Positions 60,698 to 64,000 of a DNA stretch of 64,000 nucleotides are shown piece after piece; position 1 is the first letter of the stretch, and the number at the start of each line of letters is the position of its first letter. A model generated the notes under the pieces. It saw nothing but the letters and a program-made list of their open reading frames with translations. It had not been told where the DNA came from and searched no databases. A program made the translations under genes and the position numbers. This DNA comes from Calditrichia bacterium (GTDB lineage Bacteria; Calditrichota; Calditrichia; RBG-13-44-9; J075): assembly GCA_028284905.1 (NCBI GenBank), contig JANQQU010000065.1, positions 68,128 to 132,127 on the forward strand, written 5' to 3'.

Positions 60698-61783
60698 TTA
60701 ATCCTCTAAAATCGATTTACAAATTTTCTCCAGCCGTGAGGCTGCCTGGCTGGCCAGAAAATTATTTAGTGCATACTGATAGTTATTTCGAGCGATTTCC
60801 GCATACATGTTTTGATCGAGAAAAATCTTTTCTACTAATGCCGCAAAATGAATCGGGGTTATTTCCCGGGAGGCAAATCCATGTTCTTTGTTGCGAAAAA
60901 AATCACCGATGCCGCCTACTTTACTGGTAACTACCGGTAAACCATAGGCCATAGATTCTACCAATGCATTGGGGAAACCTTCGCCATGGCGACTGGGAAA
61001 ACAGAACAGATGTGCCTTGCGAAAATAAGCGTCCTTTTCCGCCCCGTCAACAAAGCCGGTAAAGGTAACGCCTTCAATATGGCGTTGTTCCACGTAGGTT
61101 TTAAGCGCGGGGAGCTCCGGTCCATCCCCAAGCATATAGAGAGAAATATTCGGATATTTTTTGTGAAGAATCCCCTGGATGTCCAGCATGGTATAAACCC
61201 CTTTTGCTTCCAGCATTCTTGCCGGAAAAATGATCCGCCATTCTTCTGCGGCCAGGCGCTCCTGCAGGGTAGATTCAAAATCGAATTTGTCAACGGCTGC
61301 ATCGTTGGCAATGGTAACTTCCCGGAATATCGGCTGACGGCATCCCCAACTGCGCAGAACAGACTCAAACTCCTCGGATAACACAATGAAGGCATCGGCG
61401 TTACCGTAAAGGCGATCGAATAGCCAACGCTTTTCATTCTCGATGATAGACTCAAACGATTTCTGCCAGCCCCGAAAGAAAACCACCGTCTTCCGTCCGC
61501 GCAACCGGGCCAGGCGGAGAAATATGCCTTCCCGGGTAAATGCCTTATACTCCAGGGAGGGGTTAATAATTACCACATCATATTTGCCTTTCCCGATTCG
61601 CCGGAAGAATTGCAAATAGTCCCGGCACATGCGGGTGAACTGAGAAATCGATCCGCTTTCCCCGGGGCGTTTCCCCAGCACAAAATGACCAACCGGTAAA
61701 CTGAATTTGCCGTCCAGTTTTTTGTAATAGGATTCGATGCCGCCAAGCAATCGCAAATCGGGATGTGCAATGAGTATTTTCAT
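60698..61783 (-). CDS. glycosyltransferase family 4
   Basis: R....KG and EGFPNALVESMAYGLPVV motifs. Confidence 0.92.
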   Translation of the reverse strand: MKILIAHPDLRLLGGIESYYKKLDGKFSLPVGHFVLGKRPGESGSISQFTRMCRDYLQFFRRIGKGKYDVVIINPSLEYKAFTREGIFLRLARLRGRKTVVFFRGWQKSFESIIENEKRWLFDRLYGNADAFIVLSEEFESVLRSWGCRQPIFREVTIANDAAVDKFDFESTLQERLAAEEWRIIFPARMLEAKGVYTMLDIQGILHKKYPNISLYMLGDGPELPALKTYVEQRHIEGVTFTGFVDGAEKDAYFRKAHLFCFPSRHGEGFPNALVESMAYGLPVVTSKVGGIGDFFRNKEHGFASREITPIHFAALVEKIFLDQNMYAEIARNNYQYALNNFLASQAASRLEKICKSILED

Positions 61784-61786
61784 CTC

Positions 61787-62707
61787 TTAAAGATGGGCTT
61801 TAACTGAATAGCCCAGTTTTTCCATACTTTCCCCGGCAATGGCTAAAAATTTTTCCCGGTCAGCCAGGGAGAGGTTTTTGATTTGATTTTCATTGATATC
61901 CGGCTTCACCAATTGCGAAAGTTCTTTTGAGTCATACCAGAATAGTTGTGTGTCATACTCTCCGGCGATCCGCTGATGGGTGCCATCCTTGTTCATCACC
62001 GGGCGTGATTCCACTCGGATTTTGGGCACGTCGGCAAGATCGAGATCGCAGATGCGATAGAGCTTTTCCAGAAATACCGGAGGATCATTTACCATCTCTT
62101 CATATCGGAGAATATTATAATTCGGCATCTCTTCCGCATAGGCGAGCATCCGGTTAATGATGATATTATATTCTTTCGCAACCTTTTCGATAGAATGCCC
62201 CCGGCGATGACGTCCCTCGGCAATGGCCAGTCCGTTGCGGATTAAGGCGATAAAAGTTGCATCGGGGTACATTTCCCGAAACATATCCACGGTAAAAATC
62301 AAGCCATCGAGCGCTTTTGTTAGCATCCGGCATTTGGCAAGTTCTTCCCGGGTATATTGCAAATTTTCGTACTGCCATAAATTATGCTTGGGAATCATTG
62401 CATGAAAGCGGCCTTTATAAAGTATTTTATCAATGTATTTCTGAAGATAAGGGGAGACCGGTTTCCGGGGAGCCATCCAGCCGGTATGGAAAATATCCTG
62501 GCCGGCAAGCAGGCGGATGGGGATGTCGTATAAATATCTTTTTTTGATCTTACGATGGCGGGGTTCCCAGTTTGTTTTTGCCTTAAAAACTTTTTTGGTC
62601 TCGCCGGCAGTATTGCATACATAGGGATGAGAGAGCAGCATGCTTACCAATAAGGTTGAGCCACCCCGGGAAAAACAATTTAAAAGAATCGGTTTTTGGT
62701 TATGCAT
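61787..62707 (-). CDS. sulfotransferase-family protein
   Basis: CFSRGGST, SHP, IRNG and RYEEM motifs. Confidence 0.82.
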   Translation of the reverse strand: MHNQKPILLNCFSRGGSTLLVSMLLSHPYVCNTAGETKKVFKAKTNWEPRHRKIKKRYLYDIPIRLLAGQDIFHTGWMAPRKPVSPYLQKYIDKILYKGRFHAMIPKHNLWQYENLQYTREELAKCRMLTKALDGLIFTVDMFREMYPDATFIALIRNGLAIAEGRHRRGHSIEKVAKEYNIIINRMLAYAEEMPNYNILRYEEMVNDPPVFLEKLYRICDLDLADVPKIRVESRPVMNKDGTHQRIAGEYDTQLFWYDSKELSQLVKPDINENQIKNLSLADREKFLAIAGESMEKLGYSVKAHL

Positions 62708-62914
62708 TCCGTTAAAATTACCTGCTTTGTATATCGATGCCGCTTTTCGGTAAGCATTTTGCTTGCTAAACCGGCTAGCTGGCCGGAGGCCTTATAAGAC
62801 CGATGTTCGCCAGATGATAAGTTGATTCATATTCAAATTTAATGATTTTTATGCGCAATAATTATACATTGATTTTTGCAGCAGTATTGGCCAGAGTGGG
62901 TATAGGGATGATAT

Positions 62915-64000
62915 ATGAGAATTCTAGTTTTTTTTATGTGTTTAAGCTTCACCTTGTCGGCACAAGATATACCTGCCTTTCCCGGTGCGGAAGGATATGG
63001 TGCTGATGCGATTGGCGGGCGCGGCGGTGCGATTCTTTTTGTCACCAACTTGAACGATAGCGGTCCGGGTAGCCTGCGCGCCGCAGTGGTAGCCAGTGGT
63101 CCGCGTATTGTGATTTTTAAAGTTGGTGGTATTATTCAGCTGGAAAGCCGTCTGAGCATCGTCAATCCCTATTTAACGATTGCCGGGCAAACGGCACCGG
63201 GTGGGGGAATTTGTATCGCCGGTTATTCTGTGTTGATTTACGGACCAGCGCACGACATCATTATTCGCGGGGTGCGTTTTCGCCATGGTGACCTGTCTGA
63301 TGAAAATGGCGCCCGGGCAGATGCGCTGGGGACCAATGGAGTTTCCGCAGTAAATGCAGTTCGCAATGTGATCATTGATCATTGCTCAATGAGTTGGTCC
63401 ATCGACGAAACGCTGCAGGTCTGGGATTACAGCGAAAACATAACCGTGCAGTGGTCGATGATTACGGAAAGCCTCGATAATGCCGGCCATCCCGATGGCG
63501 GTCCGCATGGTTATGGCGCAATTCTAAAGAGCCGGATAAATGATGCCGGTATCTCTTTTCATCACAATCTTCTCGCACATCATCGCAGCCGCAATCCGAA
63601 ATTTACCAGCGATGCCGGCAGCATGACCCGTTTCGATTTTCGCAATAATGTGGTGTATAATCATGGCACTCGTCCGGCATTATCCGGGGAAAGTAATGAC
63701 ACACCGGAAATTCAGGTGAACTTTGTCGGAAATTACTTCAAGTATGGGCCGGATACCGATAATAGTAAAAAGGATAAGCTGCTTTTTATTCAGTACCAGG
63801 GAACGCCGCTGTATTATTTGCAGGATAATTTTATCGAAAACTACTCCGCGGTAACCAATGATAACTGGCTGGGAGTCGAATACTGGCAAACGAATTTACA
63901 GGAACCGGATATCCGGATAAACACCCCGTTCGATACACCGCCTGTTATCACCCAACCGGCGGCGGAAGCATATGAAGTAGTGCTCGATTATGCCGGCGCG
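62915..64000 (+). CDS. second pectate-lyase-like protein; runs off the window end
   Basis: Not in the ORF track. Manual translation MRILVFFMCLSFTLSAQDIPAFPGAEGYGADAIGGRGG...TIAGQTAPG...IIDHCSMSWSIDE. Confidence 0.88.
   Translation, partial: MRILVFFMCLSFTLSAQDIPAFPGAEGYGADAIGGRGGAILFVTNLNDSGPGSLRAAVVASGPRIVIFKVGGIIQLESRLSIVNPYLTIAGQTAPGGGICIAGYSVLIYGPAHDIIIRGVRFRHGDLSDENGARADALGTNGVSAVNAVRNVIIDHCSMSWSIDETLQVWDYSENITVQWSMITESLDNAGHPDGGPHGYGAILKSRINDAGISFHHNLLAHHRSRNPKFTSDAGSMTRFDFRNNVVYNHGTRPALSGESNDTPEIQVNFVGNYFKYGPDTDNSKKDKLLFIQYQGTPLYYLQDNFIENYSAVTNDNWLGVEYWQTNLQEPDIRINTPFDTPPVITQPAAEAYEVVLDYAGA

Overview
A 64 kb bacterial chromosomal window. The gene style (FlgD/T9SS-like C-terminal sorting domains, a PorV-like barrel, Bacteroidota-type ECF sigma factors) suggests an FCB-adjacent lineage such as Calditrichota; this is inference only. 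In order, the window holds: partial malQ; a cobalamin-riboswitch-controlled uptake operon (TonB receptor, beta-propeller, DUF1289, btuF/D/C-like) interrupted by an outer-membrane barrel and two paralogous lipoproteins; a two-component pair; lptFG; a tightly coupled GHKL-ATPase/STAS/PIN triplet (candidate partner-switching toxin or defence system); ferritin; a SprT/YgjP-like protease; galM; and tRNA-Ser(CGA) followed by a 107-bp tandem repeat built from the tRNA 3' end. Next comes an AT-rich ECF sigma / zf-HC2 anti-sigma / secreted TPR-CHAT protease block with a shared promoter-like motif ahead of a structured non-coding region. Housekeeping genes follow (clpB, htrA/degQ, fbp, asnS, acyP, apt), then a second ECF, a multi-PAS kinase, and uxaC/GH3/lactonase. 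The window ends in a surface-glycan modification locus (sxtIJK-like carbamoyltransferase trio, GNAT, three sulfotransferases, GT4, two pectate-lyase-like paralogs). No CRISPR array, integrase or transposase was seen. All calls come from motif recognition by eye; no searches were run.
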